A DNA stretch of 64,000 bases from Dictyostelium discoideum (taxonomy: Eukaryota). The DNA is taken from contig CM000151.3 in the NCBI GenBank assembly GCA_000004695.1, positions 3,040,001 to 3,104,000 of the forward strand. Reading direction: 5' to 3'. Positions 13,534 to 29,424 of this stretch are shown here, one piece after another. The notes under the pieces were generated by a model that worked only from the letters and a program-made list of their open reading frames with translations, was not told the DNA's origin and made no database searches. Made by a program: the position numbers and the translations under genes. Numbering within the stretch: the stretch's first letter is position 1; each line of letters opens with the position of its first letter.

Positions 13534-14693
13534 TGTGCTTTTTTTTTAATTTGCTTGATATTATGATAAAAATAAAAATAAATAAAAAAAAAAAAAAAAA
13601 AAAAAATTTTCAAAAAAAAAAAAAAAAAAAAAAAAAAAATAAAATAAATTTAAACAATTCCTAAAAAATTAAAAATTAATTTAATAAAAAAAAAAAAAAA
13701 AAAATTTTTATTTTTAAACCATCCATACAAAGATATTCCATTTTTTAATCAAATTTATTTTTAGTCATTTTTATTTTTTAAATCTTTTTTATTTTTTTTT
13801 TTATATTTAATTTTTTTTTAATTTTTTTTTTTTTTTTTAATTTTATGTGCAAATTTTTAGTATATTAACGAAAAGTTTTGTGTTGATTATTAAAATGAAA
13901 TTCAAAATTATAGTTTCAAATAAATTAATATATATGTCACTAAAAATTTGTGGTTTATTTTTTTCTTTTTTATATTTTTATTTTTTTTTTTTTTTTTTTT
14001 TTTTGTAAAAACCAAGTAGTTAATTCTATAATTGTTCCTACTCAAAAAATTATCTATGTACATAAAAGTTGAATCTGAATTAACCACAAAAAAAAAAAAA
14101 AAAAAATAAAAAAAAAATAATAATAATTACATAATTAAAAAAAAAAAAATAAAAAAATAATCTGTTATAGAGGGTAGGTTTTTTTTTTTACAAAAAAAAA
14201 TAAGAATATTAAAAAAATAAAATTAACAAAATAATTTTCCACAATTTTTTATATTGCCAAAACCATCAAAAAGGTTTTTGGATTTAAAGAATGTATCAAT
14301 TTATATTTTTTTTTTTACCTACCCAAAATAACTTTTTTTTTTTCAAGAATGAATTATGATAAACCTATAATTTGCTGTTTATTTTTTTAATCACTCGTTT
14401 ATTTTTTTTATTTGAATAAATAAAAAAAAAATAAATTAAATGGCTTTATTATAAATACCAAGATTTTCCAATCAAAAAAAAAAAAAAAAAAATTATAATT
14501 TAAAAAAAAAAAGTATAAATAAAAAAAATTCAAAAATCATTTATTTCATTCAAAAACAAATAATCAAATAATCAAATATATAAATAAAAAAAGTAAATTA
14601 ATAAATTAAGAAATTTAAAAATATTAATATAAATTAAAAAAAATTAAATTATAAATATATATATATAACAATTAAAAAAAAAAAAACAATAAA

Positions 14694-15780
14694 ATGAAAT
14701 TATTATTATCAATTTTAATTGTATTAATTTTAAAAAGTTCAAATGTTAATTCATATGGTGAATCAGATTCTCAAGGTAATCCATGTTCACTTGAAAGAGA
14801 ATCACATAATTTGATTAACTTGGCAAGAATGTTTCCAGTTCAATACAAGACATCATTTATGAATGGTTATTCTGGTTTATCATCAGTGTTAAGTTCATAT
14901 TCAGCCGTTCCACCACTTTATATGGATAATTTATTAAATCGTATGTCAAAAGCTCACTCATTTGATATGTCATTAAAGAATTGTTTTAGTCATAGTGATT
15001 GTAATGGTACATCAATTGGTCAAAGATTTAACAAGTGGTCTACTGAAGGTACATGGGCTGAAAATATTGCAGCTGGAAATAAAGATGGAATCAGCACAAA
15101 TAATCAATTAATTTGTGATTCACCAAGTGGAAATAAAGTATGTACACCAGATGGTAGTGGTCAAGATGGTCACAGAAAGAATATCATGGGTGAAGATTAT
15201 CAAATTTTAGGTGTTGGTTATTATTACACATCATCGTCAACCTATAATACTTATTGGACTCAAGATTTTACAAGTTCTTCAAATTTACCAACCAATCCAA
15301 TTTATTCTGGTTATCATACTTTTTATCCATCTGCAACAATTCCAAAATTCATTGCTATGGTTTATAGTGAAACTCAAACCATTTCAACAATGTCAATTGT
15401 TTTTGTAGGTTCAATTGGTAGTGCTGATTCAAAGTTACCAATGGAATTAACCTATGGTAATCCATCATATGCCGCTTATACCTATACCCCATCGACCTAT
15501 ACCGTAGCATGTCAAAAATATTATTTCCAAGGTACTACAAGCAATGATTCAACCATTAGATATCCAGATACTGGTTATCTTCAAGTTAGTAAAGATACAA
15601 CATGTTTAGGATGGTCAATTAGCTCCTCTGTATCTTTAAATGTAAATCTAGGTTTAGAAAATCCAAGTCAAACTGAAATTGCTATTAAATTTGAAACTAG
15701 TACTCCAAAAGCAACATATCCACCACAAAGAAATTGGAATTGGTTTTGGGATTATAAATTATTAAGTAAAAATAATAATC

Positions 15781-15818
<38 letters not shown>

Positions 15819-15926
15819 GAAGAAGAATTTCAACAAGATGAAGAATTTTACAGTTCAACCTCAAAATTAATTGTAAATTCCTCTGTTATTTTAATTGCTA
15901 TCTTCATTATTAGTTTATTATTTTAA
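14694..15926 (+). CDS. secreted CAP/SCP/PR-1-like domain protein with signal peptide and C-terminal hydrophobic (GPI-like) tail, 410 aa
   Basis: The N-terminal signal peptide is MKLLLSILIVLILKSSNVNS. The CAP-domain signatures (WAENIAAG.., ..DGHRKNIMGEDYQILGVGYY) resemble SCP-like extracellular proteins. A poly-Gln tract and a terminal hydrophobic segment follow. Single exon. Confidence 0.7.
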
Positions 15927-16198
15927 ATTCTCGATATTAATTTATAAAAACTTTGTACTAAAAAAAAAACAAATATAGTTTAATTATTTAAATAAAAAAA
16001 AAAAATAAAAAAAAAAAGATATAAATAAAAAAGAATTAAAAATATTTTATTTTTTATATTAAAATTATTTTGATAAAATATAAATAATAATAATTTAGTT
16101 TTTATCATTATTATTATTATTATTATTACTATTAGTATTATTATACTTTGTTTTATTTTATCTTTTTTTTTGTTTATTTTTATTTTATTTTATTTTTT

Positions 16199-18914
<2,716 letters not shown>

Positions 18915-19026
18915 TTTTTAGAATTTTTTAATATCTATAAATATATGTTTTTTCCAAAACTTGTTTTCGAAATTAATTTAAATTAAAAAATAAAAAAATT
19001 TTTATGGTGTCAGCGAAATTTTTGAA

Positions 19027-19067
<41 letters not shown>

Positions 19068-19552
19068 AAAAATTAAAAATAAAAAATAAAATTAAAAATA
19101 AAAAAAATGGATTCATATTTACTATTATTAGAAATTTTAAATCATTTTTGACTAAATTAATATAAGTTTCTATGAAAAAGCCCAAATTATATATATATAA
19201 TGTTTAAAAAACATTCAAGTATAAAATTAAAATAAAATAAATATAAAAACAATTATAAAAACAAAAATAAAATAAATCAAAAAAATCAAAAAAAAAAAAA
19301 AAAAATTAAAAAATAAATAAAATAAAATTATTTTAATATAGAAATTCGTTATATATATATATATTATATTCAATTAAAGTTTTTTATTGTTATGACTATT
19401 ATATTTTTAATTTGTTTGTAATCGAATAAAATGAATATTAGCTGTGAGAGCCCAACCAAGAGCATGATTAACCACAGCTAAGAGAGAGAAGAATCTTGGT
19501 CAACGGTATATATAATAATATATTCAATTAAAGTTTTTTTTTTTTTTGATGG

Positions 19553-19586
<34 letters not shown>

Positions 19587-19826
19587 ATGTGGGTTTTTTT
19601 TTTATTATTTTTATTATTTTTATTTTTTATTTTTATTTTAATCATTATTATTATTTTTTTAATCACATAACATTAAAACAACTTAAAGAAAAATTATTTT
19701 TATTTTAATCATTATTATTATTATTTTTTTTTTTTTTTTCCAACAATCCAAAGTTTATTGTACCTTCAATATTTTTTTTTTATTTTTTTTATTTATTTTT
19801 TTTTTTTTTTTAAAAAAAAAAAAATT

Positions 19827-19858
<32 letters not shown>

Positions 19859-20165
19859 AGATTTTTTTTTTCAGGATAAATTTAATTGTTTGCGTATAAT
19901 ATCAATATTATTATTATTTTTTTTTTTTCAATATTTTTATTTATTTGTTTTTTTTTATATATTTTTTTTTTTTTTTTTACATATCCCTGTACATTATATA
20001 ATTCACTTTTTTTTTTTTAAAGAAAGATTAAAAAAAAAAAAAAAAAAAAAACTTCAGTTTGTATTACAAAAAAAAAAAAATATATATATATTAAAAACAC
20101 ACACATAAAATTAAATAAAAAAAAAATAAAAAAAATAAAAATTAAATATTAATAATAAAAATACA

Positions 20166-22409
20166 ATGTCATCAACTCAACAACAACAACATCAATTATT
20201 TAGTGCAGTTGAACAAAATGATGTTACAAAAGTTAAGAAATTATCAAGTAAAAAAAAGATTAGTAAAAGTAATTTAACATCATTTGATCAATATGGACAA
20301 TCAGCATTAACTATAGCATTAAAGAATAATAATGAAGAGATGGTGGAACTCTTGTTGAGTTTATGTGTAACATTAAAGGCAGATATAAATACCTTTGACA
20401 AGAATGGATTTTCAGCATTACATCAAGCAGTGAGTAGTGATGATAGGATATTGATGAGGGTATTACAATATGAAAACATTAATGTAGATGTACAAAACGA
20501 TGATTTAAACACACCAATTCACTACTTTTGCCAGAAATTTAGATCACCAAATTGTCAAGAACCATTTCAACTATTCATTCAAAAGGGTGTCAATGTGAAT
20601 GCTCAAAATAAGAATGGTGAAACACCGTTACACAAGGCAATCTTTAACAATTCAGTACGTCTTATGATGGTTGGTCTCTTATTGAAAAATGGTGCCAACG
20701 TTAATTTGGCAACTCAATTTCAAGAATCACCACTTCACTATGCCGTACGTTTAGGTCGTGAGGATTTAGTGTCTGTACTTTTGAAGGCTGGTGCTGATGT
20801 TGATTGTGTTGGTACAAAAGAGAGAAAAACTCCTTATCAATTGGCCGTTGAAGAGGGTAACAAGGATATGACTGCTCGTATCAAAAAGTATAAAGATCTC
20901 TTTGATTGGTTACAAAAACATGGTTTCGAACAATACAAAGATGCTTTTTTAAAGGAAGAAATGTTTTTAGATGAATTGGGTGAAATGAGTGAAGATATTT
21001 TAAATAAAATGGGTATTACTTCTACTGGTACAAGATTAAGAATTTTAAAAGAAACTTCAAATTTAGCAAGTATGTATTATTTATTTATTTATTTATTTTT
21101 TAAAATATTTATTTATTTACTAATATTATTATTATTATTAATTATTATTATTATTTTTATCATTAATTATTATTAGATGAACAAACAAAAAAACCAAAAA
21201 CACCAGAACTTATAATAGAAGAAGATCCAACACCACCAGATACACCAGATATTAGTGGACTTAGACATTCATTACATACACTAAGACATGTTGGTGAAGT
21301 AAATATTATTAATGATAATGAGTTGGAGTATACTGAGAAATTGGGTGCTGGTAGTTCTGGTAAAGTTTATAAAGGTTTATATAGAGGTAAAGAAGTTGCA
21401 ATTAAAGTATTAAAATCAATGACTGAATCAAAAGAAATTGAAGAATTTAAAAAAGAATTCCAAATTATGAGGTAAGCATTTAATTTTATATTTATTATTA
21501 TTATTTTTTGAAAAAAAAAAAAAAAAAAAAAATGAAAATGAAAATGAAAAAAAGAAATATATATGTATATTAACTAAAATTTTATTATTTTTTTTTTTTT
21601 TTTAATTTTTATAGTGCCATAAGATCGAAACATGTTGTACATTTTTATGGTGCAGTATTGGAACCAAAATTATGTATGGTAATGGAAAATTGTTCAAGAG
21701 GTAGTTTATATCATGTTATGGATAATAATTCATTGGATATTGGATGGGAAAGAACATTTAGATTTGCAATTGAAACAGTTAGAGGTATTGAATGTTTACA
21801 TAAATGGGATCCACCAATCGTTCATAGAGATTTAAAGAGTTTAAATTTATTGGTAAATGATAAATGGGAAATAAAGGTTTGTGATTTTGGTTTAAGTCGT
21901 TTCAATACAGGATCAAATTTAGAAACATTGGTAAAAATGAGAGGTACCTTTGCTTATTGTGCTCCAGAAGTTTATTATGGTGAACAATTCTCTGGTAAAT
22001 CTGATGTTTACTCAATCGCTGTTATCCTATGGGAATTGGTCACAAGATGTATAAATGGTAGATATGAAAGACCTTTTTCAGAATATAAGGTTTGTATTTT
22101 TAAAAATTTAATTTTTTTTTTTTTAAAAAAATATATTTCTAACTCTTTTTATTTTTATTATTTTAGAATTTACAACATGATTTCCAAATTATTATTCAAA
22201 CAGCAAAGAAAAACCTTAGACCAACAATACCAAATGCATGTCCAGAGTCATTGGTTTCATTGATTCAAGATTGCTGGGATCCAAATCTCGAAAATAGACC
22301 AACTTGTACCGATATTTTAAGTAGATTGGTTACCATTGAAAATGAATATAGAAGCAACATTCAAACTTGGAATAATTTAATTGTTCCACTTCCAAAGAAT
22401 CAAGAATAA
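20166..22409 (+). CDS. ankyrin-repeat and SAM-domain protein kinase (TKL/dual-specificity type); exons 20166..21069, 21177..21471, 21615..22089, 22167..22409; 638 aa
   Basis: Five ankyrin-like repeats (..TPLHKAI.., ..SPLHYAVRLGREDLVSVLLKAGADVD) are followed by a SAM domain (LFDWLQKHGFEQYKDAFLKEEMFLDELGEMSEDILNKMGIT). The kinase subdomains are GAGSSGKVYKG, VAIKVL, HRDLKSLNLL, DFGLS and CAPEV. The three introns close in phase. Confidence 0.85.
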
Positions 22410-22667
22410 ATCAATTGATTACATACACTACACCAATTAAATACTTTATAATCACCATCTATCATACTAATTTACCAAAAATATTTATATTAATAAGTAA
22501 ATAAATAAATAAACAAATAAATAAACAAATAAATAAATAATAAATAAATAAAAAAAAAAAATAAAAAAAAAATAAAAAAAAAAAATTGAAACAAAAAATA
22601 ATATATTAATTGTATTAAATGGTTTTTATGTAATAAATAATAAAAAAAATAATTAATTTTCTATTTT

Positions 22668-22796
22668 GAAAAATAATTATTTGATTAGATTTTTTTTTTT
22701 TTTTTTTTTTAAAAAATTATTTGATTGGATTTTTTTTTTTTTAAAATTATTTGATTGGATTTTTTCTTTTTTTCTTTTTTTTAAAATTATTTGATA

Positions 22797-22827
<31 letters not shown>

Positions 22828-22828
22828 T
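22668..22828. repeat. minisatellite, four tandem copies of a 40-55 bp unit (aaaattatttgattggattttttt...)
   Basis: Direct tandem repeat read from the sequence. It lies downstream of the kinase gene. Confidence 0.8.
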
Positions 22829-23259
22829 CCAAGCCCGGAATTCGGGTGCCTATGATTCGAGGTTATTTTGATATTTTCTAAACTATTACCCTGAATGAAA
22901 TATCTTTTAATCAACTTTTTTGCCCCACTAAAAAAATGGTAGAAATTAATTTTTTGTGTGAAAAAAAAAAAAAGTTTTATTATGAAGATACTTTTAAATA
23001 TAAATATAAATAATAATAATATAAAAATAATATTTTTTAAAAAAAATTTTATCCTTCACTTTTTTTTTTTTTTTTTTTAAATTTTTTAATAAAAAAAAAA
23101 AAAAAATAAGCCTTTGGTGTGGTTTGTTTAATTTAAAATTCTATAGAATTAATAATTTATTATTAATTTAATGTTTTAAATTTTTATTTTTATTTTATTA
23201 TTATTTTTTTTTTTAATTTCTATTCTTTTTTTAATAAACAACTTCTGAAAACCCCAAAA

Positions 23260-23298
<39 letters not shown>

Positions 23299-24095
23299 TG
23301 TAAAAATAGATGTGACATTCAATACTATATCAAAATCACATGTTTTTTACAATTTAAAAAAATCTGGAAATTGTGATCCTTTTTTTTAATCTATAGTCAA
23401 AAATAAAAAAATATTATTTTTAATTATTTCCAAACTACTGTAACTGATTTAAAAGGATAGATTAATCAATTCAACAAAAAGCCCCTTTTTTTAGATCACT
23501 ACACTGTTTTATTCAAAAATTTTGTATTTTGTTAAAATCTTTAAAAATTAAATTTTATAAAAAAAAAAAAAAAAATTAAAAGTAAAAAAAATTAAAATAA
23601 TAATAATAATTATAATTAGTTTATTTATTAATTAATAAATGAATGTATGTTTTGCTTTAGAAAAAAACTCTTTGTTTATTTATTTTATTTTATTTTTTCT
23701 TTTTAATTTTTTTTTTTTTTTTTTTTTTTTTTTATTTTTTTTTATTTTTTTTTTTTTATTTTTTTTTTATAGACTTTTTGACCTATAGGAGTGTAAAAAA
23801 TGAAAAGATGCTGGGAACCATCAAGCGAGTAGTAAAGATTTTTTTTTTTAATCAAAAAGTTAAAAAAAAAAAAATTAATCAATCAACACAAATGATCAAA
23901 ATTCAAAAAAAATAAAAAAAAAAATAAAAAAAATAAAAAAATAAAAAAAGTCTTTTTTTTCAAAGTTTGAGGGGTGATCATAAACCCACATTCAACACTA
24001 TCGATGATATTAATAGAAAATAATTCGACACTTAAAAAAAAAAAAAAAATATAATTTATTTATTTAAAAACACACAAAATTATAATAATTTAAAC

Positions 24096-24130
<35 letters not shown>

Positions 24131-25185
24131 TACTCACTAAATCATTTCACTGTATATTTTTAATTTCAATTTTGTGTCTTTTCATTTTGTGAAACGGTAA
24201 TGCTCTTACAACATTTTTTTTTTTTTTTTTAAAAATTAAAAAAAAAAAAAAAAAAAAAAAAATCTTAGAACTAATGATTAATTTGCCCAGCAATCAAAAT
24301 GATATAATATGTTTTTTTATTTTCATTTTTTTTACTAACCTTTTATTTTATGATGGAGATTCGAGCTTGATTCACATTTAAAAATAAATTTTTTTAAAAA
24401 TACTTTTTTTTTTAATCATTTTTTTTTATTTTTTTTTTTTTTATTTTTTTTTTTTTTAAATAAATAATTTTTTTTTTTTTTTTTTTAATAATTATTATCA
24501 TTAAAGTTTAATTTAAAATAAAAAGGTTCAAATTATTTCCAATAGGCTAAATTAATAAAATTAAAATTAAAATTTAAATTTATTATAAAAAAAATAATAT
24601 AAAAATTAATCCTTTTTATAATAATATAATTAAAACTTTATCTCTCTCTCTCTCTCTAATATCAAATCAAAACGATAAATCGAATAAATTTAAGGTAATT
24701 AATATTATTAATAAATAGAATCAAAAATTCGAGATAACAAATAATTATAAACCGTCATCATAAATGTTGCACTTTAATAATTTTTTTCTTTGATTCTTTT
24801 GTATTCTTTTGTATTTAATAATCAATAAAAAAATAAAAAATAAAAAAAAATAAATAATAATAATAATAATAATAACAATTCAAAGGAGGTTTTTTTTTTT
24901 TTTGTATGTTGTTTTTTATGTTGTTAAATTGTTTTCAAAAAAATTTATTATTTGTTTATTGTCGGTTATATCCATATCTCAGATATAAAACATCCTGTTC
25001 ATATATATACCCCTAAAAATTATAGAAAAAAAAAAGAAAAAAAAAGATTATAAAATTTTTTTTTTCTTAGGGTGGTTCTATAAATATCAATTATAATTGA
25101 TTTAAATTAATAATAATAATAATAATAAAAATAATAATAACACACTTGAAGTTTTTTTTTTTTGAATGTGGATTTTTTTTTTTTT

Positions 25186-25204
25186 CACCCACACCACTCA
25201 CACA
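25186..25204. promoter_or_regulatory. CA-rich / G-box-like element (CACCCACACCACTCACACA), about 0.9 kb upstream of carA
   Basis: A GC- and CA-rich island in otherwise AT-rich promoter DNA. Its reverse complement, GTGTGAGTGGTGTGGGTG, resembles the Dictyostelium GBF G-box. A second C/A-rich block lies at 25519-25560. Confidence 0.4.
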
Positions 25205-25591
25205 ATAATATTTAAACACACAAATAATTTACCACTACAAACCACACATCAAAAGTGGGCTTTTTTTTTTAACTACCAAGATTCAATTTATTTGATTCAA
25301 TAATAATTGTGATACTATGGTTTTTAAATTATTTTATTAAATATTTTTTAATTAATTATTTTTTTAATTTTTTTTTAATTTTAATTTTTTTTTTTTTTTT
25401 TTATTTTTTTATATTACATAATTTTTTTTTTTTTTTTTTATTGTTTGATATTAATTTAAATTAATTAAAACCATTTTATATCGAATAAAAAAATTTATTT
25501 ACAATATAAATAAAAAATCACCCCTTCTTTCATCTTCGTTCACCACCACTACACTCCACATTATATAAAATTCTAAACAACCAAATTATTA

Positions 25592-25627
<36 letters not shown>

Positions 25628-26090
25628 TATATTGTTTATTATAAAAAACTTTGGTCTCAAACTTTCAAAAAAAAATAAAAACTTTTGTAGATTATCCAAT
25701 TTTTTTTTATTTTTTTTTCAATCAATCGAGATTGAAAGGTGATTAATCAATTAAAATAAAAAAAAATTGAAAAAAATAAAATAAAATTTTTTTTTCAATC
25801 ACAATTTACAAAATATTAATCTATTTTTTTTTTTTTATTTTTATTTTCTTTATTTTATATTATATTATTTTTTTTTTTTTCTTATTTTTTTTTTTACACA
25901 TATTTTTTATTATTATTTTTTTTTTTCCTCTCTTTTCTTTTATTTTCAAATAATTATAGAACGCTAAATTTAAAAAAATAATTTGTATTAATACAATAAA
26001 AAAAAAAAAAAAAAAATTATTTAAAATACAATCACATACATAAACTATCTAGATTTTTCACACATATATATATATAAATAAAAAAATAAA

Positions 26091-26402
26091 ATGGGTCTTT
26101 TAGATGGAAATCCAGCCAATGAAACATCATTGGTTTTATTATTATTTGCCGATTTTTCTTCAATGTTGGGTTGTATGGCAGTGTTGATTGGTTTTTGGAG
26201 ATTAAAACTTTTGCGTAATCATGTTACAAAAGTAATTGCATGTTTTTGTGCTACCTCCTTTTGTAAAGATTTTCCTTCAACAATTTTAACTTTAACAAAT
26301 ACAGCTGTCAATGGTGGTTTCCCTTGTTATTTATATGCAATTGTAATTACATATGGTAGTTTTGCATGTTGGTTGTGGACTTTATGTCTTGGTAAGTTTA
26401 AA

Positions 26403-26442
<40 letters not shown>

Positions 26443-26478
26443 AAAAAAAGATTTGATCAGATTATTTGAAAATGTGCT

Positions 26479-26511
<33 letters not shown>

Positions 26512-27412
26512 CTCTTAAAAATTTTTTTTTTTAGCAATTAGTATTTATATGTTAATTGTAAAAAGAGAACCAGAACCAGAAAGATTTGAAAAATATTATT
26601 ATTTATTATGTTGGGGTTTACCATTAATTTCAACAATTGTTATGTTGGCAAAAAATACAGTACAATTTGTTGGTAATTGGTGTTGGATTGGTGTAAGTTT
26701 CACTGGATATAGATTTGGGTTATTCTATGGTCCATTCTTATTTATTTGGGCAATTTCAGCAGTATTGGTTGGTTTAACATCACGTTATACCTATGTTGTT
26801 ATTCATAATGGTGTTAGTGATAATAAAGAGAAACATTTAACATACCAATTCAAATTGATCAACTATATCATAGTTTTCCTTGTTTGTTGGGTATTTGCAG
26901 TTGTTAATCGTATTGTAAATGGTTTAAATATGTTTCCACCAGCACTCAATATTCTCCACACCTATTTGAGTGTATCCCATGGTTTTTGGGCATCTGTCAC
27001 ATTTATCTATAATAATCCATTAATGTGGCGTTATTTTGGTGCAAAGATTTTAACAGTTTTCACATTCTTTGGTTACTTTACTGATGTACAAAAGAAATTG
27101 GAAAAGAATAAAAACAATAACAATCCATCACCATATAGTTCAAGTCGTGGTACTTCTGGTAAAACTATGGGTGGTCATCCAACTGGTGATGATGTGCAAT
27201 GTAGTTCCGATATGGAGCAATGTTCTTTGGAAAGACATCCAAATATGGTAAATAATCAACAAAATCTAAATAATAATTATGGTTTACAACAAAATTATAA
27301 TGATGAAGGTTCATCTTCATCTTCTTTATCATCATCTGATGAAGAAAAACAGACTGTTGAAATGCAAAATATTCAAATTTCCACTTCAACAAATGGTCAA
27401 GGAAATAATTGA
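26091..27412 (+). CDS. carA: cAMP receptor 1 (cAR1), 7TM GPCR; exons 26091..26391, 26535..27412; 392 aa
   Basis: The sequence begins with [24 protein letters not shown], then seven TM helices. The Ser-rich C-terminal tail carries the phosphorylation clusters ([13 protein letters not shown]). A single 143-bp intron (GTAAGT..TTTAG) splits an Ala codon after TM3. The 392-aa length matches cAR1. Confidence 0.96.
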
Positions 27413-27546
27413 TTATAAAAAAAAAAAGAAAAAAAAAAAAAAAATTAAAAAACCAAGTATATATATTTAATTATTTGTAAAAATTTAAAAAACAAATTAA
27501 TTCACGATGTGATTTTTTTCCCTAAACTTCTGTACAATATAAATTT

Positions 27547-27596
<50 letters not shown>

Positions 27597-28073
27597 AAAA
27601 AAAAAAAAAAAAGAAAAACCCATGTACTATTATAATTACCAATTTATAAAATTAATAATAATAATTATTATTAATATAATAAATAAATAAATAAAAAAAA
27701 TAAAAAAACAAAAAAATTTTAAAAAAAAATACAATTTCCATATTTTAATTTTCTGTCTTTTTTTTTTTTTTGTAATAAATTGTGGCTTTTAAAAGCCGGG
27801 CTATGTTTTTGTTAATTAAAAATTTTGTGGTTGGACTAAACTTTATTTATGGTTTTTTTTTTTTTTTTTTTATAATCAAAAAAACTTTCAAAATATTGGA
27901 AATGAACCAAGTTGGTTATTTTATTGTTTTTTTTTTTTTCTTTCTTCCAACAATGCTTGGAATAAATCGAACTACTATTTATGGGTCAGAAAAAAAAATA
28001 AAAAAAAATAAAAATAAAAAAAAAAAAAATTAAATAAAAATAAAAATAAATACAAAAAAAATTTTTTTAAAAT

Positions 28074-28104
<31 letters not shown>

Positions 28105-28293
28105 CTCATATTTTTTCAAACTTGAATTTTTCAAAGAGATATTTCAAAAGATAAAAATTAAAAAAAAATATACACAATAAATGTTTCACACCTTCAAATT
28201 ATAAAAACCAAGTTTACAAGTTATACAGAATTAAAGATATCATCTAATATTAAAAGTATATATTAAATAATAATAAAATAATATTATTATAAA

Positions 28294-29391
28294 ATGGACA
28301 GCCAAACATCACAAGATATACCCGAAATTTTAAATGATATATTTGAATTGATGGATAGGCAGATAGATGAAGAAAATAAGCAACAAAAAGATGATAAAAA
28401 TAAAACAATTGCTCATGGTACCTCTCAATTAGTTCAACATGAAAACCCACAAGAGGATTTCGCATTTGGTGTGAAGAACCCAATACAACAAAATGAAGAG
28501 GAGAAAAAAAATGAAGAGGAGAAACAAAATGAAGAGGTGAAACAAAATGAAGAGGAGAAACAAAATGAAGAGGTGAAGCAAAATGTAGAGGAGAAACAAG
28601 AAAATAGAGAAAATGAACAACATAATGAAGAAAATGAACAACAAAATGGAGAACAAAATAAAGAAGAGGAACAACAATCACAACAATCACAACAATCACA
28701 ACAATCACAACAATCACAACAAATAGACCTTAATATCAAAAAAGAGGGTGAAAAACAGAATCAACGCCAATCAAGTAGACAGGTAGTTATTATAGATTTG
28801 AGTGATGATGATGAAGATGATGAAGATGATGATGGTGAAAATGATAATGATAAACCCACACCTATTTCAAATACTGAAACTACTGAAACTTCCACAACTA
28901 CCACTACCACCACCACAAATGTAAATAACCAAAACAACAATCAAGATAAAGAGTAAGTTATAATATACACCACGGTTTTTGTTGACATTGATTTATTAAT
29001 TTTTTTTTTTTTTTTATATGACAGAGTTGTGGATCTTACTCTTTCTCCACCACAATCACCAGTTTTAGTACTGACAGCAACACGTTTAGCTAATAATAAT
29101 AATAATCATAATAATGATAGAAATAATAATAGTAATAATAATAGTAATAATAGATTCCTTAATAGACAAGCGAATGACTTTACTTTTTTTAGAAATAATA
29201 GTTTCTTTAATTCTAGAACACAACATCAGCCACCACCACCACCATCTCAACAACAATTTCCAATAGTATTAAACATTTTTAATAATCATAGTGGTAGTGC
29301 TGTAGGAAATGGCCCTATTGGTAATAATGGTAATGGTGGTAATAGTTTAAAAAAGAGAAAACATTATCATAATTTTGATACCGACGATGAC

Positions 29392-29424
<33 letters not shown>

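Noticed and set aside
22836-22858. GCCCGGAATTCGGGTGCC, briefly considered as a tRNA fragment or hairpin
   Set aside because: Only a 4-bp stem. No tRNA-like T-arm or anticodon structure. No tRNA genes found anywhere in the window.
23982-23991. DUSE-like motifs AAACCCACAT (23982-23991) and AAACCCATACAA (40714-40725), as possible ncRNA gene promoters
   Set aside because: No structured or GC-containing candidate RNA 50-70 bp downstream on either strand. Imperfect match to the [AT]CCCA[CT]AA consensus.
27069-27470. ORFs 27069-27251, 27165-27392 and 27279-27470 inside or just after carA
   Set aside because: Out-of-frame or antisense reads of the carA C-terminal tail. carA identity is unambiguous.
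27782-28033. ORF 27782-28033 (+)
   Set aside because: Poly-Phe/Lys low complexity downstream of carA. No splice partners.
28250-28739. Antisense ORFs opposite the RNF4-like gene exon 1
   Set aside because: Generated by GAA/GAG/CAA repeats. Low-complexity.
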